The notes beneath the pieces were generated by a model. That model searched no databases. It worked only from the letters and a program-made list of their open reading frames with translations, and had not been told where the DNA came from. DNA of 34,837 nucleotides from a virus: positions 1-34,837 of IMG/VR virus record IMGVR_UViG_3300045988_052159. One strand, written 5' to 3'. A program made the translations under genes and the position numbers. Each line of letters begins with the position of its first letter. Positions within the stretch are counted from its first letter, which is position 1. Of the stretch, positions 8,341 through 15,299 are shown one piece after another.

Positions 8341-9246
8341 GGCTAGGTGCCATATTGTTAAATCTAGATAATACGTTAATTCTTTTTCACGAGAAATAAC
8401 TCTCTCGGTTTCGATGTTTAGTGTTTTATATGGACCACCTCTACCAGTTAGGATTGCATCGTATCTGTAATTTGGATTAGCTATGTAAGATGAAATTTGT
8501 GATGCGATCACAGCTGGTAAGTATCCAACAAAGATATTATTCACTAAAACTTTGATAGCATTTTTATCATGCGGATTTGAAGGTTCTGGTAATAGTTGAA
8601 CGTCTACTGTTTTCAATTTATTGTATTTGTAAACAGGTTTATATGTTTCGAGCATATAAGATTTCAAAGATTTATTATCTTTTCCAAAATAATGGACACC
8701 CTTGGAAAGAAAATCAGCAGCAGCTTCGGCTTCTTCTTTATGATAATTTGTTCCCATTAACAAGAAGTCTTCTCGGAAAACAATTGTATCAATCTGTGGG
8801 CTGTAATTTTCAACTTTCTTCTTTTTCTCTCGATTTGTAGTTAAACGGCCAATAATGTAAGTTATAAAACCTGTAATGAACAAGAAGAAGCCGAGAGGCG
8901 GAAATAAAAATAGGAAAATAGCACCTATAACTATTAGTACAATACCAGTTTCTTTATAATCTTTTGCTGTGTATTTCTTTTTAACATTAGATGTCAGAAT
9001 AGATTTTTGTTTGTTTGTAACTACTTTTTTCTTTCTCTTTTTAGATGGTTTCAGCGAATCAGAAAGTCCAAATGTTGTCTTATGATAGACCTTGTTATAC
9101 ATGGCTTTCTTGGGATTCTTTATCCATCCCACGCCTTTCTTACCATATCCAGGGATAATAGCTTTTTTAGCCTGCCTTTTCCATTTGCTGGTAGTCCTAG
9201 CTTTTAGGCTTTTAGTTAGACTTGGTTTTCTCATTCCTATTTTCAT
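8332..9246 (-). CDS. Membrane-anchored HIRAN-domain protein (304 aa): basic N-terminal region, two TM helices, C-terminal HIRAN domain
   Basis: The HIRAN signature is LLPEPSNPHDKNAIKVLVNNIFVGYLPAVIASQISSYI. The hydrophobic hairpin is GIVLIVIGAIFLFLFPPLGFFLFITGFITYIIG. The N-terminal 100 aa are Lys/Arg-rich. The RBS aggag is present, and the start lies 13 nt after the immA stop on the same strand. Confidence 0.8.
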   Translation of the reverse strand: MKIGMRKPSLTKSLKARTTSKWKRQAKKAIIPGYGKKGVGWIKNPKKAMYNKVYHKTTFGLSDSLKPSKKRKKKVVTNKQKSILTSNVKKKYTAKDYKETGIVLIVIGAIFLFLFPPLGFFLFITGFITYIIGRLTTNREKKKKVENYSPQIDTIVFREDFLLMGTNYHKEEAEAAADFLSKGVHYFGKDNKSLKSYMLETYKPVYKYNKLKTVDVQLLPEPSNPHDKNAIKVLVNNIFVGYLPAVIASQISSYIANPNYRYDAILTGRGGPYKTLNIETERVISREKELTYYLDLTIWHLAKK

Positions 9247-9259
9247 TTTCTGCTCCTAA

Positions 9260-9640
9260 TCAACTAATCAATGAATAATATTCGTCAATGACCATTACTT
9301 CATCAGTGATGGTTTTTAATTTGTGTTTTTTCATGAAATTTAAATAGTTAAAAGATTGTTGATCATCTGAGTTTTTCAATTCTTCCTCGATCAATTGATG
9401 AATCATAATGCGATTTGCTTCGTTTTCACATTTTGTATGATTGTTTTTATAGAGAACAGGAGTGTGAGAAAGATGACCTAGTTCATGGTAGACAACACGT
9501 TTTATCGCTTCATCAGACAGTTTGTTATTTACAAAGATAGTTTTGATATCCTCGATATAAATGCCAGGACGTTGCCACAAATCTTTATCAAAGTAGTAAA
9601 GAGTTACTCCACAAGATTTCACAAAGTCGTCAATCTGCAT
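9260..9640 (-). CDS. immA: ImmA/IrrE-family zinc metalloprotease (126 aa)
   Basis: The HEXXH motif is VYHELGHLSH. The gene is small and lies directly downstream of the XRE repressor on the same strand. Confidence 0.85.
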   Translation of the reverse strand: MQIDDFVKSCGVTLYYFDKDLWQRPGIYIEDIKTIFVNNKLSDEAIKRVVYHELGHLSHTPVLYKNNHTKCENEANRIMIHQLIEEELKNSDDQQSFNYLNFMKKHKLKTITDEVMVIDEYYSLIS

Positions 9641-9643
9641 AGG

Positions 9644-10003
9644 CTATCTACCTCTCAAGTATATTTCTATGATGTTTTGAATCGCATCAATATCTTCTTC
9701 TGTAAGTGGCTTACCATCGAATGTCTTTGCATTCTCTGCCATCTTTCGGAGATCGTCAGACGTGTATCCTGCGATTGTATCATTGTTTGCAATAGCAGGA
9801 TTATCAGTGCGTCCGAGCAGATAGTCAGTGGATACGTTGAAGTAGTCTGCGATTTCTTGGAGACGGTCAGATTTAGGAGTTTTTTCTTTCAAAGTATAGA
9901 GGTAATTTATACTATAGCCTAAGTCTTCGGCAACTTTTTGAAGACTTATTCCTCGTTTTTGAGCAAGCTCCTTAATTTTTTCAAGTGTTGAAAACATTGT
10001 CAT
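9644..10003 (-). CDS. XRE-family (cI-like/ImmR-like) phage repressor (about 119 aa)
   Basis: The HTH is KRGISLQKVAEDLGYSINYLYTLK. The gene is divergent from the Cro-like gene. ATG 10003 or 9997 is preferred over TTG 10027. Confidence 0.85.
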   Translation of the reverse strand: MTMFSTLEKIKELAQKRGISLQKVAEDLGYSINYLYTLKEKTPKSDRLQEIADYFNVSTDYLLGRTDNPAIANNDTIAGYTSDDLRKMAENAKTFDGKPLTEEDIDAIQNIIEIYLRGR

Positions 10004-10027
10004 AGTACCTTTTCTAAGACATGACAA

Positions 10028-10298
10028 AAAATATTTTATAAAAAAGTGTTATTTTCTATTGACAAAAATAATACTAAAGTGTAAAATAGTTTTTGTAAGT
10101 TAATGAGTTAGTAAAAAACAGAGTTAAAACTTATCTAAAAATAAATAGCTTTGGCGAGCAAGAAAATTGATAGATATAATGTTTTATCAAGGTTTTTAAT
10201 TATGCTTTCATTTTACACTAAGGTGTAAAAGTTGTCAAGCATTTTATAAAATAATTTACTAACTCTTTAACTCTATTAAAACCAAAAGGAGGAGGAAC
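10028..10298. promoter_or_regulatory. Lysis-lysogeny switch region with divergent promoters and operator-like repeats
   Basis: Plus-strand candidates are TTGACA (10059-10064), 17 nt, TAAAAT (10082-10087), and TTGGCG (10151-10156), 18 nt, TATAAT (10175-10180). A minus-strand TTGTCA overlaps the first -35. A perfect palindrome ttttacac-taag-gtgtaaaa lies at 10211-10230, and a half-site gtgtaaaa at 10079-10086 overlaps the first -10. Confidence 0.65.
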
Positions 10299-10508
10299 AT
10301 GAGCCAACAACATCGCAAATGGATTGAGCTTGTAAAAGAGCGAATTGAGAAACGTGGATGGTCACAAACGGACTTGGGCATTGTTGTAGGTGTTAGTCCA
10401 TCAGCCATCACACAGCTGCTTAAAGATGGAAAAGGGAGCGATGACTTGAAGCTTCGCATTAACAAGAAGTTGCGAATCAATGAGTCGTGGGAGAAATTTG
10501 AGGAGTAG
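10299..10508 (+). CDS. Cro-like XRE HTH protein, copy 1 (69 aa)
   Basis: The HTH is WSQTDLGIVVGVSPSAITQLL. The RBS is aaaggaggagg. It is the first gene of the rightward early operon. Confidence 0.8.
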   Translation: MSQQHRKWIELVKERIEKRGWSQTDLGIVVGVSPSAITQLLKDGKGSDDLKLRINKKLRINESWEKFEE

Positions 10509-10518
10509 GAGGAAGGAA

Positions 10519-10686
10519 ATGAGACCAAAAAGGTATCCGTATAGCGGGAAAAAACAGTCCACCTTTGTAAAGGCAGACAATGAGTTAGTTCAAAATATAC
10601 TGATAGATTCAAAAAGTCTGACAACAAAATTACAAGCCAAAGGCATAAGTGCTGGTAATATCATTTGTATTGATGATTATAGATAA
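10519..10686 (+). CDS. Small hypothetical protein (55 aa), MRPKRYPY N-terminus
   Basis: The ATG is preceded by the RBS ggaggaagg, which lies inside the conserved 19-nt junction gagtaggaggaaggaaatg. The N-terminal motif resembles that of the ORF at 18666. Confidence 0.55.
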   Translation: MRPKRYPYSGKKQSTFVKADNELVQNILIDSKSLTTKLQAKGISAGNIICIDDYR

Positions 10687-10705
10687 AGGAGATAGTGAAT
10701 AGGAC

Positions 10706-10834
10706 ATGAACGAAGATGAAAAAGTAGAATTATTGAAATTCTTAATGACAGACTATGGGCGAGGGTATCTAGCTGGAATAGTTAACGGGATGTCAATACT
10801 TTTGAAAGTTTTAAAAAAAGAAGAGAAGGAATAG
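10706..10834 (+). CDS. Small hypothetical protein (42 aa)
   Basis: ATG with the upstream RBS aaaggag; hand-translated as MNEDEKVELLKFLMTDYGRGYLAGIVNGMSILLKVLKKEEKE. It is below the ORF-track cutoff. Confidence 0.4.
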   Translation: MNEDEKVELLKFLMTDYGRGYLAGIVNGMSILLKVLKKEEKE

Positions 10835-10848
10835 AGAGGAGAAGAAAG

Positions 10849-11016
10849 ATGAATGAATCTTTTCTTACGATACTAGGCATATCAATGATTGCTAGTTTTA
10901 TTACGAATTTAATTGCTTACTTAGCTGGTAAACATCATCTGAAAAAGAAAATTAAAAACCACAAAGTGTGGTTTGATTCTGAGATAGAGCGTATCAAGAA
11001 AGATTATCATTTATGA
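10849..11016 (+). CDS. Small membrane protein (55 aa, one TM helix)
   Basis: The RBS is gagaggagaag. The TM segment is FLTILGISMIASFITNLIAYLAG. Its 3' end overlaps the 3' end of the convergent gene 11007..11456 by 10 nt. Confidence 0.45.
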   Translation: MNESFLTILGISMIASFITNLIAYLAGKHHLKKKIKNHKVWFDSEIERIKKDYHL

Positions 11017-11456
11017 TTTTTCTTGGATAATTTTTTCACAAATTGTTTTTGAAGATTGGAAGGTTGTTGCTTGTTCGCGAATTGACTAAGAGTGCTTATA
11101 TTTTTTATTGCTACATCTGCAGATATTTCTCCTGAAATAGCTTTAAAAATTAGGTCATTTATCTTTAAATTTTGGTCTGTTTGAGTGTCTAGTTGAGATA
11201 CTTTTTCAAGTTCAAGTAATCTTAATTCGTGAGTTTGTTTCAGCGAATCAAGCTCTTGTGAGTGTTGCTTTTGCATTTTGTCCATATCTTGTTTAAATTG
11301 ATTTTCGATATTTTCAAGCTCTTGTGAGTGTGCGATGTTGATTTTATCAATTTCATGCTTGCTGTTTCCTTTAGCAGCGATGTAAGACCATATACCAGAA
11401 ACCAAGGCAGGTATGGCAGCGATCGCAAGTGTTTCTATAAAACTAAAATTATTCAT
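11007..11456 (-). CDS. Membrane-anchored coiled-coil protein (149 aa), antisense to the early operon; candidate lysogen-expressed moron
   Basis: The N-terminal TM segment is FIETLAIAAIPALVSGIWSYIAA. It is followed by a heptad-rich region with an internal repeat (HSQELENIENQFKQ / HSQELDSLKQTHE). The RBS ggag lies 7 nt upstream, and the gene has its own extended -10 promoter. Confidence 0.75.
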   Translation of the reverse strand: MNNFSFIETLAIAAIPALVSGIWSYIAAKGNSKHEIDKINIAHSQELENIENQFKQDMDKMQKQHSQELDSLKQTHELRLLELEKVSQLDTQTDQNLKINDLIFKAISGEISADVAIKNISTLSQFANKQQPSNLQKQFVKKLSKKNHK

Positions 11457-11485
11457 AAGATTTCTCCAATCGTTTTATTATCTTT

Positions 11486-11494
11486 ATTATACCA
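11486..11494 (-). promoter_or_regulatory. Extended -10 promoter (TGGTATAAT on the minus strand) for gene 11007..11456
   Basis: The plus strand attatacca is the reverse complement of tggtataat. It sits about 30 nt upstream of the minus-strand start codon. Confidence 0.65.
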
Positions 11495-11513
11495 AATCTA
11501 GAAAGGAAAATAT

Positions 11514-11723
11514 ATGAGCCAACAACATAAAAAGTGGATTCAGCTCGTCAAAGACAAATTGAATTCAGAAGGAATGACACAAACACATCTTGCCCGTGCT
11601 TGTGGAGTTAAGAAACCGACCATTTCAGAATTGCTGAAGTATGGTAAAGGTAGCGACAGATTAAAAAACCGAGTATGCGATGTCCTAGGCATCGATGAAA
11701 GCTGGGTTGATTTAGGAGAGTAG
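11514..11723 (+). CDS. Cro-like XRE HTH protein, copy 2 (69 aa), paralogue of 10299..10508
   Basis: It has the same length and the same first five residues (MSQQH), plus shared KWI..VK and GKGSD..L motifs and an ESW motif. The first 15 nt are identical, and so is the 19-nt 3' junction gagtaggaggaaggaaatg. Confidence 0.8.
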   Translation: MSQQHKKWIQLVKDKLNSEGMTQTHLARACGVKKPTISELLKYGKGSDRLKNRVCDVLGIDESWVDLGE

Positions 11724-11733
11724 GAGGAAGGAA

Positions 11734-11877
11734 ATGTTTCATCATTATATAACCCATTATGCAAGCAATGGGAAAGATTACGCCGAAGCATGGATTCAAA
11801 TCAACATTTTTGGGAAGTGCTTTTGTTTATGGAAAAAGCGTACAACCATTGAACGATTGTACGCAAACGAAGATTAG
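11734..11877 (+). CDS. Small hypothetical protein (47 aa)
   Basis: The ATG lies in the conserved junction with the RBS ggaggaagg; hand-translated as MFHHYITHYASNGKDYAEAWIQINIFGKCFCLWKKRTTIERLYANED. Confidence 0.45.
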   Translation: MFHHYITHYASNGKDYAEAWIQINIFGKCFCLWKKRTTIERLYANED

Positions 11878-11907
11878 ACTTTCTCGTTAGCTGATTTAGG
11901 AGGTTGA

Positions 11908-12051
11908 ATGGAAGATAAGATCATTGAACTTGCTGATTACTTCATCAGCGAATCTACAACGTACAGAGAAGCAAAAATAGCGTGTGAGAAGCTATTAAAA
12001 CAAGTTAGCCATGAGATTGAGCTCAGAGCTATGGAAAGCAATATTGTGTAA
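11908..12051 (+). CDS. Small hypothetical protein (47 aa)
   Basis: The RBS taggagg lies 5 nt upstream; hand-translated as MEDKIIELADYFISESTTYREAKIACEKLLKQVSHEIELRAMESNIV. Confidence 0.45.
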   Translation: MEDKIIELADYFISESTTYREAKIACEKLLKQVSHEIELRAMESNIV

Positions 12052-12053
12052 AC

Positions 12054-12081
12054 AAAAAAGCACCTAACGAGGTCAGGTGCT
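12054..12081 (-). terminator. Hairpin whose U-tract is on the minus strand (A6 on the plus strand precedes the stem)
   Basis: The stem is agcacct/aggtgct with a 9-nt loop. The plus strand is followed by aatcaaaaaaa, which has no T-run. The minus strand is followed by tttttt. Confidence 0.45.
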
Positions 12082-12129
12082 AATCAAAAAAACTAATTAA
12101 ATTATAACACGAAAGAGAGGAAATTGCCA

Positions 12130-12408
12130 ATGGCTTTGGAATTGTTTGGAGAAGATTTCAAAAATGAACTGCTGGAAGAGCTTGTCCAGTTGAATGTGCA
12201 AGCTATGACTGAAGCTAGATTACGAGTGGCAAGAGGCACGAACTGGGCTTCAATCAAAGATGTTCAAGAGAAAACGGGTTGGGGTCGCAAGAAAATCGAA
12301 GATTTCAGAGATGCAGGGAAATTCCGCTATCAGCAAAATGCCAAAGGCGGTAAGTATCTATATGACTTGAACGACGTACTACGTTTTCAAAGTCAGTTAG
12401 CAAAATAG
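12130..12408 (+). CDS. Small DNA-binding-like protein (92 aa); possible excisionase/early regulator
   Basis: Assigned from its position at the start of the replication module and its basic C-terminal half (GWGRKKIEDFRDAGKFRYQQNAKGGKYLY). The functional call is weak. Confidence 0.4.
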   Translation: MALELFGEDFKNELLEELVQLNVQAMTEARLRVARGTNWASIKDVQEKTGWGRKKIEDFRDAGKFRYQQNAKGGKYLYDLNDVLRFQSQLAK

Positions 12409-12421
12409 AGGAGAATATAAA

Positions 12422-12895
12422 ATGTTTGAACCACCATTAGTTAGCCAGCTTTTAGGGACAGGAGTCGTAGTCATTGGTTTCCTAGGGGCAGGAATCCTAG
12501 CACATCAACGAGAGCAACAGGAAATCGAAGAAAGACGGTTGCAAGAAGAGCATGACACGCAAGTTATTAGAGCTTGCAATGAACTGATTGAAATGGGACG
12601 TGAATTGGAACGTCAGGAAATCCGCAAGAATATCCGTCGTCCTTTTAAGGGATTCACCTATGATACACAGCCACCTACAGGACTCGCTTCATCGATTGAA
12701 GACGTGCCACAAGTTTATAGAGCATGCATCGAAGACTATGACAGGCTAGCCAGTGACTATCAGGAAGAGGCAAGAAATAATGATTTTCTAAGAAGTCAAA
12801 ACGCTGAGATTTTAGTTGAAAATGGTCGTTTGCTTTATCAAGAAATGACTTTGGATTTCCGTAAGAATCCAAGAAAATGGAGGGCAAAGACATGA
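12422..12895 (+). CDS. Hypothetical protein with N-terminal TM helix (157 aa)
   Basis: The RBS is agaggag. The TM segment is LLGTGVVVIGFLGAGILA, followed by a charged helical region. Confidence 0.6.
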   Translation: MFEPPLVSQLLGTGVVVIGFLGAGILAHQREQQEIEERRLQEEHDTQVIRACNELIEMGRELERQEIRKNIRRPFKGFTYDTQPPTGLASSIEDVPQVYRACIEDYDRLASDYQEEARNNDFLRSQNAEILVENGRLLYQEMTLDFRKNPRKWRAKT

Positions 12896-13230
12896 GTGTT
12901 AGTCGTGAAATGAGCGAGATGGAAATCCGTGTGTTAAACATGATCATGAATTGTGCTACTTTCGATTTGCCTATTCAAGCGAGTGAAATCCGCTTAGAAA
13001 CTGGACTCTCAAAGCGTAAGCTAGAAGAGGTCATTGAGAGTCTGCGTGTGAATTTTGGTCATCCTATCGTAGCTAAGAAGATGAAGCCGAACGGATACTA
13101 TTTGCCTCGTAGCGAGGAGGAGAGACAAGCAGGTCTTGCCCCTTATCGTCGTCAGATCTTAACCGAGCAAAAGAACCTCGCTGCGGTGATGAATATTGAT
13201 TTGGATAAGTATTGGGGGAATAGCGCATGA
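12892..13230 (+). CDS. Hypothetical winged-helix-like protein (112 aa)
   Basis: The start is an ATGA overlap with the previous stop, with the RBS ggaggg. The segment ASEIRLETGLSKRKLEEVIESLR looks like an HTH/wHTH. Confidence 0.5.
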   Translation: MSVSREMSEMEIRVLNMIMNCATFDLPIQASEIRLETGLSKRKLEEVIESLRVNFGHPIVAKKMKPNGYYLPRSEEERQAGLAPYRRQILTEQKNLAAVMNIDLDKYWGNSA

Positions 13231-14561
13231 ATGAAGAATTTAGAATACTACCCCATGATCTAGCTGCTGAGCAGTCTGTTCTTGGTTCAGTCTTCATCTC
13301 CCCTGATTCACTTATATTTCTAGCGGATGAATTGGTTCCAGATGATTTTTACAAGCCTGCCAATAAGATTGTATTTAAAACCATGTTGTCCTTGCTTGAA
13401 AAAGGTGAGCCAATCGATGCGACGACTATGGGGTCCGCCCTCACGAATCAAGGAGATATTTCAAAAATCGGGGGTATCACATACATTGTAGAGTTGGTTA
13501 ATTCAACACCAACTTCAAAAAATGTGGAACATTACGCAAAGCTGGTGAAAGATAAGGCCACGCTCAGAAAGATGATAGCGGACCTATCTGACTCACTTTC
13601 GAGTGCCTATAAGGGCGATGTGTCCATCGATGACATCATCGCAAAGACTGAAAAGTCTATGCTTGATATCAGCAATCAAAATATGGGCATTGGATTTCGT
13701 AATGTGGCTGATATCCTTGATACACACATGCAGATGGTCGAGACTCGCTCTCAGACAGATGGAGTTGTGACAGGTCTATCTACTGGATTCGTTGGACTGG
13801 ACAAGATTACGACTGGTCTTCATGAGGATAATCTCATTATCCTTGCTGCTCGTCCTGCTATGGGTAAGACGGCGCTAGCTCTGAATATCGCTCAGTACAT
13901 CGCTGTGAAAGAGAAAAAGCCTGTTGCTATTTTCTCGCTTGAGATGGGGGCGGAAAGCTTGATTGAGCGGATGTTAGCAGCTGAGGGCATGGTAGAAGGC
14001 TATCATCTAAAAACTGGGAATCTGAGTGTTGAGGAATGGAGTAGGCTAGTGCATGCACAAGGGAATCTTTATGACGCACCTATCTTCGTAGATGATACGG
14101 CAGGAATTCGGATTTCAGAGATACGGTCAAAGGCTCGAAAGCTTGCGCAAGAAATGGGAGGTCTTGGAGTCATTATCATTGATTACTTACAATTGATCAC
14201 TGGCTCAAAAGGTGAGAATCGACAGCAGGTGGTTTCTGAGATTTCAAGGGAATTGAAGATACTAGCTAAGGATTTGAAAGTACCTGTCATTGCCCTATCG
14301 CAGTTAAGCCGGGAGGTGGAGAAGAGACAGGACAAACGCCCGATGCTGGCTGACTTGCGAGAGTCAGGTTCGATTGAGCAAGATGCTGACATTGTAGCAT
14401 TCTTGTATCGTGATGCCTACTACCAGAAAGAGCAAGCCGACAGTCAAGAAGCGAATAATGTGACTGAGCTGATCCTGGAAAAGAATCGGCATGGCAGTCT
14501 CGGGACGGTGAAGTTGTATTTTCACAAAGAATACACAAAATTTTCAAGTGTGGAGGAGTAG
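13227..14561 (+). CDS. dnaB: Replicative DNA helicase, DnaB family (444 aa)
   Basis: The N-terminus is PHDLAAEQSVLGSVFI. Walker A is ARPAMGKTALALN and Walker B is IIIDYLQLI. The motifs SQLSREVEKR and ESGSIEQDADIV are also present. Confidence 0.95.
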   Translation: MNEEFRILPHDLAAEQSVLGSVFISPDSLIFLADELVPDDFYKPANKIVFKTMLSLLEKGEPIDATTMGSALTNQGDISKIGGITYIVELVNSTPTSKNVEHYAKLVKDKATLRKMIADLSDSLSSAYKGDVSIDDIIAKTEKSMLDISNQNMGIGFRNVADILDTHMQMVETRSQTDGVVTGLSTGFVGLDKITTGLHEDNLIILAARPAMGKTALALNIAQYIAVKEKKPVAIFSLEMGAESLIERMLAAEGMVEGYHLKTGNLSVEEWSRLVHAQGNLYDAPIFVDDTAGIRISEIRSKARKLAQEMGGLGVIIIDYLQLITGSKGENRQQVVSEISRELKILAKDLKVPVIALSQLSREVEKRQDKRPMLADLRESGSIEQDADIVAFLYRDAYYQKEQADSQEANNVTELILEKNRHGSLGTVKLYFHKEYTKFSSVEE

Positions 14562-15299
14562 ATGGCACAACGAAGAATGTTTAGTAGAAAAATCACTGAG
14601 ACTGACCGTTTTCTTGAAATGCCATTATCATCACAAGCTCTCTATTTTCATTTAAACATGGGAGCAGATGATGAAGGATTCATTGACAAAGCCAAGACAA
14701 TTCAGAGAACAATCGGAGCAAGTGATGATGACATGAAATTACTAATTGCAAAAGGATTTTTAATCCCATTTGATAGTGGTGTGGTTGTTATCAGACATTG
14801 GAGAATTCACAATTACATTAGGTCAGATAGATTCCAATCAACATTGCACCAGGATGAAAAAACTCAATTAGAGTATGACCGCTCAAAAACAGCTATGTTA
14901 AAACCTTTAGAAAATGTCATACCAAATGGATACCAAATGGATACACAGGATAGGGTAAGTAAGGTTAGCTTAGATGAGGATAGCTTAACTACCTACCCTA
15001 AAGAACCTGACAATATCCCTTACAAAGAAATTATCGATTATCTCAATTCAAAGACTGGAAAGAATTATAGAGATAATGTTCAGAAGAACAGATCTCTGAT
15101 TAAGGCTAGATGGTCTGAAGGATATCGACTAGATGACTTTAAGCAGGTGATTGATAACATGGTTAAGGATTGGTCAGGTACGAAGTATGCGAAATACTTG
15201 AGACCAGAAACCCTCTTTGGAACGAAGTTCGACGGTTATTTGAATCAAGGAAATGTTGTTAAACGTGAAAAGAAAACAGACGAAAGGCTAGGTTTTTAG
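14562..15299 (+). CDS. Phage replisome organizer / replication initiator (245 aa)
   Basis: The N-terminus (RRMFSRKITETDRFLEMPLSSQALYFHL) is typical of the replisome-organizer N-domain. The C-terminus has the conserved phage motif IPYKEIIDYLNSKTGKNYR. Confidence 0.85.
   Translation: MAQRRMFSRKITETDRFLEMPLSSQALYFHLNMGADDEGFIDKAKTIQRTIGASDDDMKLLIAKGFLIPFDSGVVVIRHWRIHNYIRSDRFQSTLHQDEKTQLEYDRSKTAMLKPLENVIPNGYQMDTQDRVSKVSLDEDSLTTYPKEPDNIPYKEIIDYLNSKTGKNYRDNVQKNRSLIKARWSEGYRLDDFKQVIDNMVKDWSGTKYAKYLRPETLFGTKFDGYLNQGNVVKREKKTDERLGF
14919..14990 (+). repeat. Cluster of short direct repeats inside the organizer gene linker; candidate phage ori
   Basis: ataccaaatgg occurs twice in tandem (14919-14940) plus a partial atac. 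aggatag occurs at 14947 and 14977. tagctta occurs at 14966 and 14981. Confidence 0.55.
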
